Origin: Patellaria atrata CBS 101060
Taxonomy: Eukaryota
Reading direction: 5' to 3'
Length of the DNA: 52,013 bases
Assembly (NCBI GenBank): GCA_010093705.1
Contig: MU006107.1
Span: 480,031-532,043, forward strand
This document shows positions 38,998 through 49,755 of this stretch, one piece after another. Under the pieces are notes generated by a model, which saw only the letters and a list, made by a program, of their open reading frames with translations, had not been told where the DNA came from and did not search any database. The position numbers and the translations under genes are program-made. The stretch's first letter is position 1, and each line of letters begins with the position of its first letter.

Positions 38998-40610
38998 ATG
39001 CAAATACTATCTTACTCCGAGCAGGATCTAGAGCCCTCACGAATCCTCAGTTGGCTAAAGACCGTACAGACCTCACCAAAGACTCAGTCGCAAAGACCAT
39101 TAAAGCGACGACGACGCAACTCTGACACGGCCCTCATGAATATCGACAACAATGCCGTAATGGGTCCTCACCGTACGCCATCGCCGACGAAAAAGCGCAA
39201 AGTCGACCTGACCGCTGTGGATAGCTATGTGGACGTTGACCAAACCCCTCGCGCCCTTCCAAACCAAGTGATTATAAGGCCGGATGACAGCGCATCTATA
39301 GGTAGCTCAAGCTTATCAGCTAGCAGCTCGCGGCGATCTAGAAGTCCCAAGAAGATTGATCTCTCGTGCGCGATCGAGCCCATACTAGCTAGAGACTTTC
39401 CTTGGTCTGGCGTACCAGATGGGTTCCCAGACGATTCCAAAGGTGAGTTCGTACCCAGTTGTACAGTATATTTAACAAAGTTAACATTATAGCTAGATCT
39501 AGTCAAGAGTATTACTCTCTTCAGTCGAGGACTGAGAGTAATATCTGACGCTCTCAAGGTACGTGTAGAACTATCAGTCCACGTTGGGACAACAACATTC
39601 ATACGATGTAGCCAGATCCCTCGTCTGATGCCGACCTTCCAAGCCCCGACGACTTTGCGTACACTTCACCCAGTACGCTTCCCGCGCCTTCACCGTATCC
39701 CTCCGAATGCGAACATATACTTTACAATGCTCAATTCTACCAGCAAGATCATGGGTCAGAAGCGGCTTGGAACAGTGGTGTACATGACGCAGTACTCCGT
39801 CTAGCACTATGGGGCTTTAGAAAAGAGGTAATGTAGGGGTATCAACGATATATTGGAGATTATAACTCACTATTCCTTCGTAGGTCTACTATGTGAACTG
39901 GTTAGTTTTCTGACACCCTCCTGAACCATCCCTATACTCATACCATACTCTAGTACTGTAGCGAAGATTGCCCCTACACGATTGATTCCACGCTTGGGAG
40001 AAGACACTCCATTACCAGCTAAAATGGTCGACTTCGCAATTCATATAGAGCCCCCGGAGCGCTTGAAAGAGCTGATTGAGGAACACCGTAGGGGTAAGAT
40101 GGATACTTCCATTAATCATACTCTCTATGGTCCCCTTTGCGCAAGACCGATCGGCGTCAATATCGAGACAAAGCGGACAGGTGAGGATTTGGAGGATGCA
40201 AAGTACAAGTTACAGATCTGGTGCGCGTCACAATACGCGAAGATGGATGAGTTGATGGAGAGATGGAAGGCAGTAAAAGGCGATGATACAGATGGAGGGA
40301 ATGAAGATGCTGGAGCGAAGAAACTTGAACTTCCACCTCTCTACAATATCATCGTGCAGGGTCATGACTGGAGCTTTCTTATAGCAGTGCGTCATATCAA
40401 TAAAAGGGACCAGAAGGAGACAGTAAGTTCAATATCGTCAGGTATCTTTTACAACTTGGCTTATACCATCAGATTCTCTACTCCACGTTCCAGTTTGGTC
40501 ACACAAGGAATCTACTCGGGCTGTACCAAATCATTACCACGTTGCAGACTCTAGCGGAGAAGGTGCGGGAAACATTGGTACCTTGGTATGAGAAAGTGTT
40601 AGACGTTTGA
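38998..40610 (+). CDS. Fungal PD-(D/E)XK nuclease-like protein, 6 exons (about 38998-39442, 39497-39557, 39612-39827, 39884-39900, 39954-40421, 40473-40610)
   Basis: Spliced frame gives EAAWNSGVH, NCTVAKI, KMVDFAI, SINHTLY, IGVNIETK, KLQIW, IIVQGHDW, LLGLYQI with no internal stop. Confidence 0.82.
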
Positions 40611-40812
40611 AGGATTGCGGGGCACGAGAACTTCCGCACGAGGCGAACCGGTATATCAGGGACTTGACCTCCAGAATCTTTGAGCGCTTGCAACCGAGGT
40701 ATGCGGACTACAGCTGTGCTTCCCGCGGTGCTGCGCGGCCCCCGCTGTACGTTCCACCGTACTTCCCCGCCATGCTTCCCCGCCGAACTTGACGGCGACC
40801 AAACAGGCCCTG

Positions 40813-42477
40813 TGTAACAGGCTAGAGCCTAGTGGTATGGGATGCCCTACATCCGAGGATCAGCCAGTAATATTTCCCTCAAACCTACCCTCAGACTCTT
40901 CTCTTCTTCTTCATCTTGATTGTAGATAGCATCTGGACTAGATAGTTGGAACACAATTACTAGAGGCCGCTCACATACAATCAAGATCATTTAAGTCATA
41001 AAGAATGGAACAGAATAACGAGTCTAATGCTTTAAGCATCCTATTTACAGAGATACAAAACCTTAGGAACGAGTGTACGGAGCTGCGTCGCCAGTTTAAC
41101 GGACGACTCACCACCTTAGAGCACCAGCAAACGACTTCCTAACCAGATCTCATAACAACCCCCGAATCTGATACTCCTCCCTCTCTCGCCGCGATCACAC
41201 ATGTCGTCGCGAAGCCGCGCCATAACCTCCCTCATCCTCCTAAATTTAGCGGTGATAAGTCACAATGGCGAGGCTGGAAGTTAGAGATGGAAGGCAAGAT
41301 AGAAGAAGATGCTCAAGCTATTGGGTCCCTCCCAGCCCAATTACGTTATGTCTACATGCACCTTCAGAAAGCAGCAAAGATAAATATGACAACATTTTAC
41401 GAGCTAGAAGTTAAAAAGGATTCACCTAACCCTTATCGGTTACTCGAACGACTTAACATCCTTTATGGAGAGCGGAACCGCAGACAAAAAGCCATCCAAA
41501 GCCTTCATTCTATTCGCCAGCGGGATAACGAGACATTTATAGCTTTCTACCCTCGCTTTGAGAGGGAAATAGCTAATGCTGATGCTGAAGGTTAGGATGA
41601 TGACTCAAAGATATCCTATTTACGTAATGCACTGAATGAAAGGATGAAGGATAAGCTTGTGGGTATTCTAGGAAAGAAAAAGGATACCTACGAGGAATTT
41701 GCTCAGAGATGTGAAAAGATAAGCAATGATATGGAACTATTTGGGCAGTGGGCCAAGGTTAGAAGTAGTAGAAGTGCGCAGACCACAAATACTGAGACAT
41801 CACACCGAGACATGGAATGGGAACCCACCCCATCGGTACCCACTTCAACCCAAGTCAATAGCACACGCACCCGTAATAATAAGGATGGATACCCATCTAA
41901 AAGACCCGAAGACCAAGTGCTCATAGGAAAACGGGCAAAGTGGGTTGATCAGGGAGAGATAAATGCTCGTATCCGGGAAAACCATTGCCTCCGTTGTGGT
42001 AGAGATGGTTGCAGGGTTAGCACCTGCCCACTAGCAGCACCAATTCGGCCAAAACAATCTACTCATGTTAGCACAGCAGTATCTCCTCGGCCCACTATTA
42101 CCCAAGCCATGGTTGAGGAAGACGATAGCACTGAGGAAGATGCAAGTCAATAGGGACGCGCGGCAGCTCGGAGAGAATGGAAAGAAGTTGGAGAAACAAA
42201 GATGGATGGAGACCCCTTTTTAGCGGATATTAGGCTCAATGGAACCGATTTTGTTACAGGACTCATTAACTCTGGCTGTCTTTGCTACGCTGCAATTAGT
42301 GAACAACTTTTCAAATCTTTGAAGCTGCCCCATTTTCGGATTGCACCAAGGAAGCTAGAAGAAGCTGCTGGAAAGAACGTAAGGTCCTCAACAACCTTAG
42401 ATACTGTGACCTATGCTTCAATCGATACAGATGGCCACCAACAAAAACGTATCTTCTTCTATTTTATACCAGGCCTT
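40813..42477 (+). mobile_element. 5' part of a Ty3/Gypsy-like LTR retrotransposon (putative LTR 40813-40953, gag, protease), truncated and mutated
   Basis: Gag-like PPKFSGDKSQWRGW...RQRDNETF..FYPRF, zinc knuckle CLRCGRDGCRVSTC, protease-like GLINSGCLCYAAIS (DSG to NSG); premature stops near 41140 and 41593. Confidence 0.85.
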
Positions 42478-42572
42478 TGTCACGGGTTAGACCCGATAGG
42501 TATACGTGCCTTGGATGATCCAGCGGCTTAGTCATACTGTACTTTAGCAGAACAGCATATGCTGTCTCAACA
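42478..42572. mobile_element. Short TG...CA LTR-like fragment at the junction between the retrotransposon and the LINE remnant
   Basis: TGTCACGGG...GTCTCAACA; protease similarity stops at its left edge. No TSD found. Confidence 0.4.
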
Positions 42573-42574
42573 CT

Positions 42575-43991
42575 TTCTTTCCTTAAGTTTAAGCTTCATG
42601 TATATGTAGCAATATACCTTTCAGCTCCCATCTGAGGTTAAGCCTTAACAGGAACCTCCATATACTTAACAACTTTAGCAGTAATGCCTGCTACCTGGAT
42701 TTTTAGGTGCGCCAGGGTCTTTTTTCTGTTCTCTTCAGTCTCCACTGCAAAGACAATAGAGCCATACTTGGCAGTTTCTCTTTTCTCCCTTTTTGACAGC
42801 TATCTTGGCTTTCCGATAATTGTAAAAGAGTTAAAGGTTTCAATCTCTTCCTTTAATAATTACATGCCTTCTGCTTCTTAGAAGGGTTGAATGGGCACTC
42901 CATGGACAATGATCTTTGCCCAGGGCTCTATCTTCTGTTCCCTTTGAAATTGAAAGAACTCTTGCCAAATGTGTTTATGCTGTTGTAGGAATTCAGCTGT
43001 GTAACATTCTATTGTTGTTAGATTGATGTTCTGTTTTTCTTTTGACCTGCTAATGGTTGCCATCACTGACTATCCTAGTTGCAGCTCTCTTTAAACTTTT
43101 GATTAACTTTGTTGCGAATGGAATAGGGTTCAAGTAGTTCTTTATTCTCTGTAACTAGAACTAACTGTCGCTTTTGCAACTATTACTTTTGCTGTTTAGC
43201 TGAGAGAGTTTTCTGAGGAAGCGTACTTGCTGTAATTTTGCCGGGCTGAGGTATGTTAGACCTGACTTTAGTCAAAGTAGCTTTCGGGGCTAGACTCTTC
43301 TCGGCCCCATCTTTGCTGTTGGGAATTGGAACCCTTGCCGTGTCTGCATAGGGTTTCTTTTAGGTAATCTCGTGCGTTACCTTCTCCTTAACAATGCTTA
43401 GATCCTCTCTAATAGAGAGTAGAATGGCCCTCTCTAGTGTAAACGGTGTTTTTCCTTGTTGAATGGCTGTGATTGCTGCTTAAAGGCTTTGGATCTGAAT
43501 CTGGGTTTCTAGATTGGTATATGCTTGCATTGCTTTCTTAGCCATATTATATGCTTGGTCTAAGCATTCCTTTCCTCCTATACTATGCTCTCGATTTTGC
43601 ATAGCTTTCTTTACTTCTCTAGTAGTTTGCTGAGGTGAGGAGTTTGAAAAAGGTCTCTTTTGGCCTGGGAGTACTGTCTTTCTAGGGGACTGGGTTTGTG
43701 GTTGGAACTTAGGTTGGGCCAGGCGGATCTCTTCACTTGAATCTTCTGATAAGTCTGTATTATCGTCTGATATATATTGAGGTGTTGATGATCTTTGTGG
43801 AATTATTGTAGACTGTTGTAGGCTTTGTTTTTGCTTTAGTTGAGACTTTGTGATTGGTTGTGGCTTTGATCGTTTTAACTTTAGTCGTTGTAACTTTAGT
43901 CGTTGTGATTTTAATTGTTGTGACTTTAGTTGTTGTGGTTGTTGCTTCGTTGATGCTAGTTGCTTGGCTTTGTCTGTTGTTGGTTGTAGGG
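42575..43991 (-). mobile_element. RIP-damaged Tad1-like LINE ORF1 (gag-like) remnant
   Basis: EPWAKIIVHGVPI...LKEEIETFN...PR*L...KYGSIVFAV...VAGITAKVVKY with many TAG/TAA stops; Q/P/K-rich tandem N-terminal region at about 43820-43990. Confidence 0.75.
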
Positions 43992-44017
43992 CTAACTACA
44001 ATCCCTAAATAATATAT
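43992..44017 (+). mobile_element. Truncated left terminus of the putative YR-helicase element (end 1)
   Basis: CTAACTACAATCCCTAAATAATATAT, one mismatch to 45208-45233; cut by the repeat starting at 44018. Confidence 0.7.
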
Positions 44018-44286
44018 TGTTAGATGGTGAGGCTCGCTACTGGGTAAATGTATGCTTACTAGTTTAAAACAGTGGTGAAAACAATGGTATGGAACGGTAG
44101 CTTGAGACAGAACGTCAAACCGTATTAAAACAGATCTCTGACAAGAGCACGGATCTGTGGTGTTTTATCTGTTCTCTTTCTGACCCAGTATCATTGTCAA
44201 CTGTTCAGTATATAGTCCGTATCTCTCTCAGTAGTTGCAAATCAAGCGATATATTCAGTGCACCTGCAGATCCAGTTTATCTAACA
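44018..44286 (+). mobile_element. TGTTAGAT...ATCTAACA short element with a different interior
   Basis: Same termini as 50091-50382 (TGTTAGATGGTG; TGCACCTGCAGATCCAGTTTATCTAACA); no flanking duplication. Confidence 0.7.
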
Positions 44287-44476
44287 TCACCCATACATAG
44301 AACAAGCAAGCAATTGATTGAATACACACAGGTATAAGCTAAGATAGTAGGTAGAAGGGAAAGAGTGTTCAATTGTTATCCGCTATCTGGAGTGGGTGCC
44401 TGTGCATGTCTTATAGTATTGCCTGCTCAATCACCTCACTTATCCTGGTCCCCGGACATCTGATATCCAGCCATCT

Positions 44477-44744
44477 TGTCAGACGTAAGGGTGCTGAAAA
44501 TGATCAAGATAATCGCTCCCTTATTTAATGACTGTTCTAAAGAGCGTTTAAATACATGAGAACATGCAGGTAACAGCGTTTATGCCTACTAGGCAACTGA
44601 GAACATGTAGGTAACAGCGTTAATACCTACTAGGCAGCTGTGTTAAAGGAATGATACTAATAACTAGCGTAAGACAGTAGGAGATATACTTGATTATCCT
44701 TTCCACCAAGATCTTCAGTCTAACAGGGGACCTATACTTCAACA
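44477..44744 (+). mobile_element. 268-bp solo LTR, copy B
   Basis: TG...CA termini, TSD CATCT (44472-76, 44745-49); inverted copy of 37531-37798. Confidence 0.9.
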
Positions 44745-44874
44745 CATCTGATACCCAGCCACCTTACGTGATCCTCAATTTCTTCAGCAATTGTCTTAAA
44801 TCTGAGGCATCTCGATAATCTGATAGATACATATCCTCTCTTATATATTCTTCGAGCCTCCTTTATCTCCTAGC

Positions 44875-45207
44875 CTATTGTTCAAAAGAATTATAGTTTC
44901 GGGTTCGACTCGGAAATCTAGTCTGCTTCGATACTGGAATAACATTACTAATGTTCTCCCAATCCTTCACTCCTATTCCTTCGTATGCAAGGCGCTGGTG
45001 CTGAAACACGCCATCAAGCACCCACGCGTCCCTACGTTGCTCGCCCTTCGGAATGTGCTTTCGAAGCCTATCGGCAAGTGTATCAATGCTCAGACCGATT
45101 GCAATGACCATCGCTCCAAGAATTAGCACCACGATAATTCCCGCAAGACTGAAGTTCTGCTGCGATGAACTTATCCGAATGCGTTGCGTCGCACATTCCG
45201 CGAGTTC
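44875..45207 (-). pseudogene. C-terminal remnant of a fungal membrane protein gene, cut at 45207
   Basis: ELAECATQRIRISSSQQNFSLAGIIVVLILGAMVIAIGLSID...W..DGVFQHQRLAYEGIG..W with one transmembrane-like helix; the frame ends exactly at the CTAAC terminus. Confidence 0.65.
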
Positions 45208-45553
45208 CTAACTATAATCCCTAAATAATATATGCCATATATTATTTAATTGTGGCCCGTGCCTGGCGAAGACAGGGGGTATATATTATTTGCATCTTTC
45301 TCCAAAATAATATATGCCCTAAACCATTGAATTTCGGGAATCTAAGTTGATAATATCCTGCGCGCAAGCTTCAAGAATCCATCGATGCGCTCGTAGCCTT
45401 GATATCTTACCTAATTATCGAGATGCACCCTCTATTGTTGGTTCGCCTCAACCTTAGGTAGCTGGAGTGATGTTTTGGTTTTCCTGGTCCATGCACCTGA
45501 AGCGCCAAGCATAAAATGAGCCCCCAAATTACGGTACCACATACCTACCTTCC
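45208..45553 (+). mobile_element. Left terminus of a putative YR-helicase element (end 2); coding region absent
   Basis: CTAACTATAATCCC followed by two inverted-repeat pairs of AAATAATATAT, colinear with the ends at 46049 and 49752. Right boundary approximate. Confidence 0.7.
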
Positions 45554-46048
45554 TGTCAGATTGCTGCAGTGGCTGAAAAGGTGCATGGCTTGATTCTCAA
45601 ATGAGTGGTTCTATCTATGTGTTATATACCGCAGGTGTGTACCAAAACGGACGGAATAGTATAAAATCTATATCTTAGAAAATAACGAAAATAGTATTAA
45701 TAGTAAGAACTAAAAGATAATACTATATTAAATTAATAACCCTAATTACTCTAATACCGTAGTTTATAGCGAAATAAATAAACGAGATAATTATCCTAGT
45801 TATTAATATTCTAATATACTCTTTTAACTTAAAGAGATCTAAAAGATCTAATTAAATTATATAATTATTTTAGTAAAAAACTTAATTTATTTCCTCTAAT
45901 TAAAACCTTTAATATAATCTTTAATATCTATTATTTTAAGCTATTTAAGAAAGATCTAATACTTTTAAATATTAAATATTTTAGTTAATCTATTAGTTAA
46001 TATTTATATTATAAATTTTTAACTAATTTTTATATTTTCTAATTAAAC
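45554..46048 (+). repeat. TGTCAGATTG repeat copy grading into an extremely AT-rich RIP-type relic
   Basis: Matches 36749 onward; from about 45690 almost all A/T with abundant TpA. Confidence 0.75.
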
Positions 46049-49000
46049 CTAACCGCAATGCTTAAATCAGTAAATGTATAACTGATTTAAATGTGGACCG
46101 TGCGCACCTGAAGAGCAGGGGTATTACTGATTTAAAAAACTTGCTGCAAATCAGTAAAGGATAAATCTTCAAGTAAATGCAGATATAATTCGATAGAAAG
46201 GTAAAATCAACCTTACGCAATCAGCCGGTCAAATTAGATTTTTTATATCGCTTTTAGTTCCTTTAATACAGCCTGCGATATAAATCGCTGGTTAGGAATG
46301 TTGATGGGGTCACTTTCTATCTATGCGTCCCTACTGGCGCTATCCCTCCAACCAATTAAAAGAAGAAGAAGGAGAAGAAGCGAAGAAAGTCCGAATAGAA
46401 GAAATAGAATATCTCCCTCTCTCTATTCTCCCTCTCCTTTGCTGTAACTCCCTTTTCATTAGGCTTATCAATATCAATGGATCAATTTAATACCCTTTTT
46501 ATTCATATTCCATGCTATCGTGTCGCCGTTTGTAAAGAATGTCACGTTGGTATAGTAAAGGCCAATATCGCCCGCCACCTAGACACTCGACACGCGAATT
46601 TGACGAGGAGCACACTGCAGGAAATCGCCCGGGCGGCTAGAGCGATCGAGGAGCTGGCGGAAGGTGAGGAACAGGTGGTATACCCGGGCCCGGACTCCGA
46701 GCCCGTGCCCCACCTTGCTGTGTGGCGCGACGGGCTAAAGTGCACGCGGTGCGGTTATATCCGCCGAACTATACAGGACGTGCAGTCGCACTGCCGCGAG
46801 CAGCACGGCTGGGCGAACCCGCGGAAGAGGGGCCGCATGGCCAAGGGCTGCCGGGCCGAGGCCAACGCGATGTGGGTGGAAGGGGTGCACTGCCAGAAGT
46901 TTGCGGGAGCCGGCAAGCTAGGGAAGCTGTTTGAGGTTAAGAGCCAGGAGGAGAAGATAGACGCGGGGAGAGGTATACCGCAGGACGAGGGAGTCGAGAT
47001 AAGCCAACAACTAGAAAGAATGTTTATCAAGGTGTCTAGACAGCTAGAGAAGGCGGAGGAGGATGCGTACTCGATCGTGGAGCCGGACAGTGACAGGTTC
47101 ATCCCCAACACGTGGCTGGACAGATCAGGATGGGCAAAGCATTTTGCCGGTTTCGATCGCACTTGGCTGCGCTCATTGGTCCAGAGGCCAGGAAGGCACG
47201 AGAGCGCGCTGACAAAGCTATGCTGGGCGGTTGAGAGTGTGATATATAAGGCCCAGCGGTCATCGACAGCTGAGGTTATGGGATTGCCATCCATGAATTA
47301 CATCAATAGAAGAGAAGCAGGGAATGATACTAACGAGAAGCCGTTAAACACGCGGCAGGCCGGCTCAACGATGATTAGATATAGTCGGGTCTGGGTCGGC
47401 ATGATTGGCTACATCTGGAGGACATACAAGCTGGAAGCAGGCTTGCCGGCAGCGGGCAATGGCGTAGTAGAAGAAGACGGGGAAGAGGGAAGCGGGCATG
47501 AGCGTACTAAGAGGAGGCCAACGTACCGGCTGACAGGTAAGCAACAGGAATGCTTATCAGGGATTATTGATATAGTTAGAGAGGATAAGGATGAGGAGGA
47601 TGGTGAGGGAAGAGAAGACGAAGAAGAAGTATACTATAAGCTCACGGCGGTAGAGGATGACGATTACAGCGAGGCTAGTGAGTATAACGTGGAAGACTTA
47701 TTAGGAGAGGAGGAAGAAGCCCAGCTAGAGAGTAATACCTTAGCGTTCCTACTATCGCTGTTAGATCACCAGTTAAAGGATAGCGAGTATCAAAGCGCGC
47801 TTATCAGTGCCACGGCTGCATTCGGTGTAGATGCAGACCAGGGCTGGAAAGGTGTGCTCGCATACACACCTACGCTCTCAGCAATCATCACGGTCGCCAG
47901 GATGCTAGTGCTCTACCAGGCAAGACAGACCAGAATCCGGAGCATCGAGGAGATGATAGGGAGGGATGGAATTGACGGAGAGAAGGCACAAGACCTGGCG
48001 CCATCTCACTTCGAACTGGTGAAAGAGATGACTGGCCGATTTATGACGCTGACGGCTTTTGGAGGCCAGCCTAGTCCGATGGACTCGTTACTACGGCTGC
48101 GAACGTATGGGTTCAAGATTAGGTTCAATACCAACGCTGAGGGTAAAGTGGACTGGGCGGGGGACACGCTACTGTATGGCCATGTCAAGTTCACCGTTCC
48201 AGAGCTGCGATCGATGATCCATGGGCTGGTGGAGACAGCGCGGCTGGAACTGATGCAGGACCTGCTACTGCTAGACATGGATGAGGATGGCCAGGTTAAG
48301 GAAGGCTCGACAACGGCGCCGGCCATATGTTGGGACAGCCTGGTGGACAATCCGGCGGAGATGAAGGCCGGATGGAACCTCTTTAAAGATTCCAGAAACA
48401 CATTTGGAGGTGTCGACGGCAAAGAGTGGCTGTCAGGGCGCATGGTTAGGGAGCAGAGGCTGAGGCGACGGTTTATCAATAGCATAGCAAAGGACACGGC
48501 TGCTCCGGATGGCTACGGGATCGCTTGGAGGATAGCCCAGGTCAGGCGGTACCAGAAAGCAGGGAAATCGTTCCGCCAGAAGCTGCTTGTGCTGGCACAT
48601 ATGACCGGAGGGATGCCAGCGCGGGGGACCGAGATCGTCTCAGTCCAGTACATGAACAGCCCCAACGGGGAGGGTAGAGGGTTGTTTGTGGAGGATGGGC
48701 TGCTCGTCTATGTCACCAGGTACCATAAGGGCATCGGAGCGAGTTCAAGAGCCAAAGTGATCCACCGCTATCTACCAAGGGAGGTTGGCGAGTTGATGTT
48801 CTACTACCTCTGGCTGGTCATCCCGTTCCAGGCCAAGTTGAGCATGGCACCGAGCGGGAGCGTCGCAAGGCAGCCCAGCGCATTCATCTGGGAGCCAGCG
48901 GGGGAAAAGACGTGGGAAGGGCCGCAGCTCAAGAAAAGAATGGGGAGAGCTGGAAGTCGAGAAGCCGAAGGGTCGAGCGAAGGTGATACTATAGCAGAAG

Positions 49001-49751
49001 ATAAAGGTTTGGAGGAGACGGAAAGGTGGGATACTAACCGTATAGGAAGAGCGCTACAGCAAGTATCTATAAGGTGGCTAGGAGTTAAGCTTGGCATCTT
49101 AAGCTGGAGACACTGCGTTAAGGCAATCTATCGCAGGTATATCAGCGACGAGACAGCCCAGCACGCGCTGATAGAGAGCGATGGAGAGGAAGAGGAAGAC
49201 GAGGCGGACAATCCATTTGACATTGGCTTTGGGCACGGGTCAAAGACCGCAGAGGCTGTTTACGGCAGGACGGTTGACGAGTCCCCATTTAGTACCGCCA
49301 GTCAGCGCTCAGCCCTACGTAAGGTTAGCAAGAGATGGCACGAGTTTCTTAAGTTCCAGTCGACGCTAGAAGATGATGCTTATCGCAAAGGAAAGATAAC
49401 AGCAAAAATAAAGAAGAAGGAAGCTATAGAGGGAGAGATGAAGAGGTGGAAAAGGTTACGAGCGGTTAATATCCGGGAGCAATTGAAGTTGCTGGTTGGG
49501 AGCGAGGCAGAGTTTAGGAGCGTCCAAAGACCGGCACTAGAGGCGATCATGCAACAGAAAAATCCCGTGGTCGTGGTGATGGGAACAGGCGCCGGGAAGA
49601 GTATGCTATTCATGCTACCGGCATCGTGCTTAATAGGTGTGACAGTTGTCGTGGTCCCACTAATTTCGCTGAGGGCAGATATGAAGGCACGCTGCAGCCA
49701 TGCCGGGATCGAGTGTGTCGAATGGGACAGCAGGAGGCCACAGGAATGGGC
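46049..49751 (+). mobile_element. Putative YR-helicase element copy 1 (left end plus gene, interrupted by copy 2)
   Basis: Conserved terminus CTAACCGCAATGCTTAA with AAATCAGT inverted repeats; ATG 428 nt downstream. Confidence 0.7.
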
Positions 49752-49755
49752 CTAA
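46477..49755 (+). CDS. Telomere-linked-helicase-type protein: DUF3505-like Zn fingers, tyrosine-recombinase-like domain and N-terminal part of a RecQ-like helicase (truncated)
   Basis: CKEC..H...H and CTRC..HCREQHGW; TGGMPARGTE, YHK, WRH, GH, VYG; FRSVQ (Q motif), MGTGAGKS (motif I), VVPLISL (Ia); stops before motif II, with the TAA supplied by the inserted terminus. Confidence 0.85.
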   Translation: MDQFNTLFIHIPCYRVAVCKECHVGIVKANIARHLDTRHANLTRSTLQEIARAARAIEELAEGEEQVVYPGPDSEPVPHLAVWRDGLKCTRCGYIRRTIQDVQSHCREQHGWANPRKRGRMAKGCRAEANAMWVEGVHCQKFAGAGKLGKLFEVKSQEEKIDAGRGIPQDEGVEISQQLERMFIKVSRQLEKAEEDAYSIVEPDSDRFIPNTWLDRSGWAKHFAGFDRTWLRSLVQRPGRHESALTKLCWAVESVIYKAQRSSTAEVMGLPSMNYINRREAGNDTNEKPLNTRQAGSTMIRYSRVWVGMIGYIWRTYKLEAGLPAAGNGVVEEDGEEGSGHERTKRRPTYRLTGKQQECLSGIIDIVREDKDEEDGEGREDEEEVYYKLTAVEDDDYSEASEYNVEDLLGEEEEAQLESNTLAFLLSLLDHQLKDSEYQSALISATAAFGVDADQGWKGVLAYTPTLSAIITVARMLVLYQARQTRIRSIEEMIGRDGIDGEKAQDLAPSHFELVKEMTGRFMTLTAFGGQPSPMDSLLRLRTYGFKIRFNTNAEGKVDWAGDTLLYGHVKFTVPELRSMIHGLVETARLELMQDLLLLDMDEDGQVKEGSTTAPAICWDSLVDNPAEMKAGWNLFKDSRNTFGGVDGKEWLSGRMVREQRLRRRFINSIAKDTAAPDGYGIAWRIAQVRRYQKAGKSFRQKLLVLAHMTGGMPARGTEIVSVQYMNSPNGEGRGLFVEDGLLVYVTRYHKGIGASSRAKVIHRYLPREVGELMFYYLWLVIPFQAKLSMAPSGSVARQPSAFIWEPAGEKTWEGPQLKKRMGRAGSREAEGSSEGDTIAEDKGLEETERWDTNRIGRALQQVSIRWLGVKLGILSWRHCVKAIYRRYISDETAQHALIESDGEEEEDEADNPFDIGFGHGSKTAEAVYGRTVDESPFSTASQRSALRKVSKRWHEFLKFQSTLEDDAYRKGKITAKIKKKEAIEGEMKRWKRLRAVNIREQLKLLVGSEAEFRSVQRPALEAIMQQKNPVVVVMGTGAGKSMLFMLPASCLIGVTVVVVPLISLRADMKARCSHAGIECVEWDSRRPQEWA

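Noticed and set aside
46477..49755. Starship captain (DUF3435) call for the large YR-like ORF
   Set aside because: The architecture is Zn finger, YR-like domain, then RecQ helicase in one intronless ORF; I see no DUF3435-type motifs.
46477..49755. Secondary-metabolite gene (OrsD-like annotation of DUF3505)
   Set aside because: No PKS/NRPS or tailoring genes nearby; the domain is the N-terminus of a helicase-type protein.
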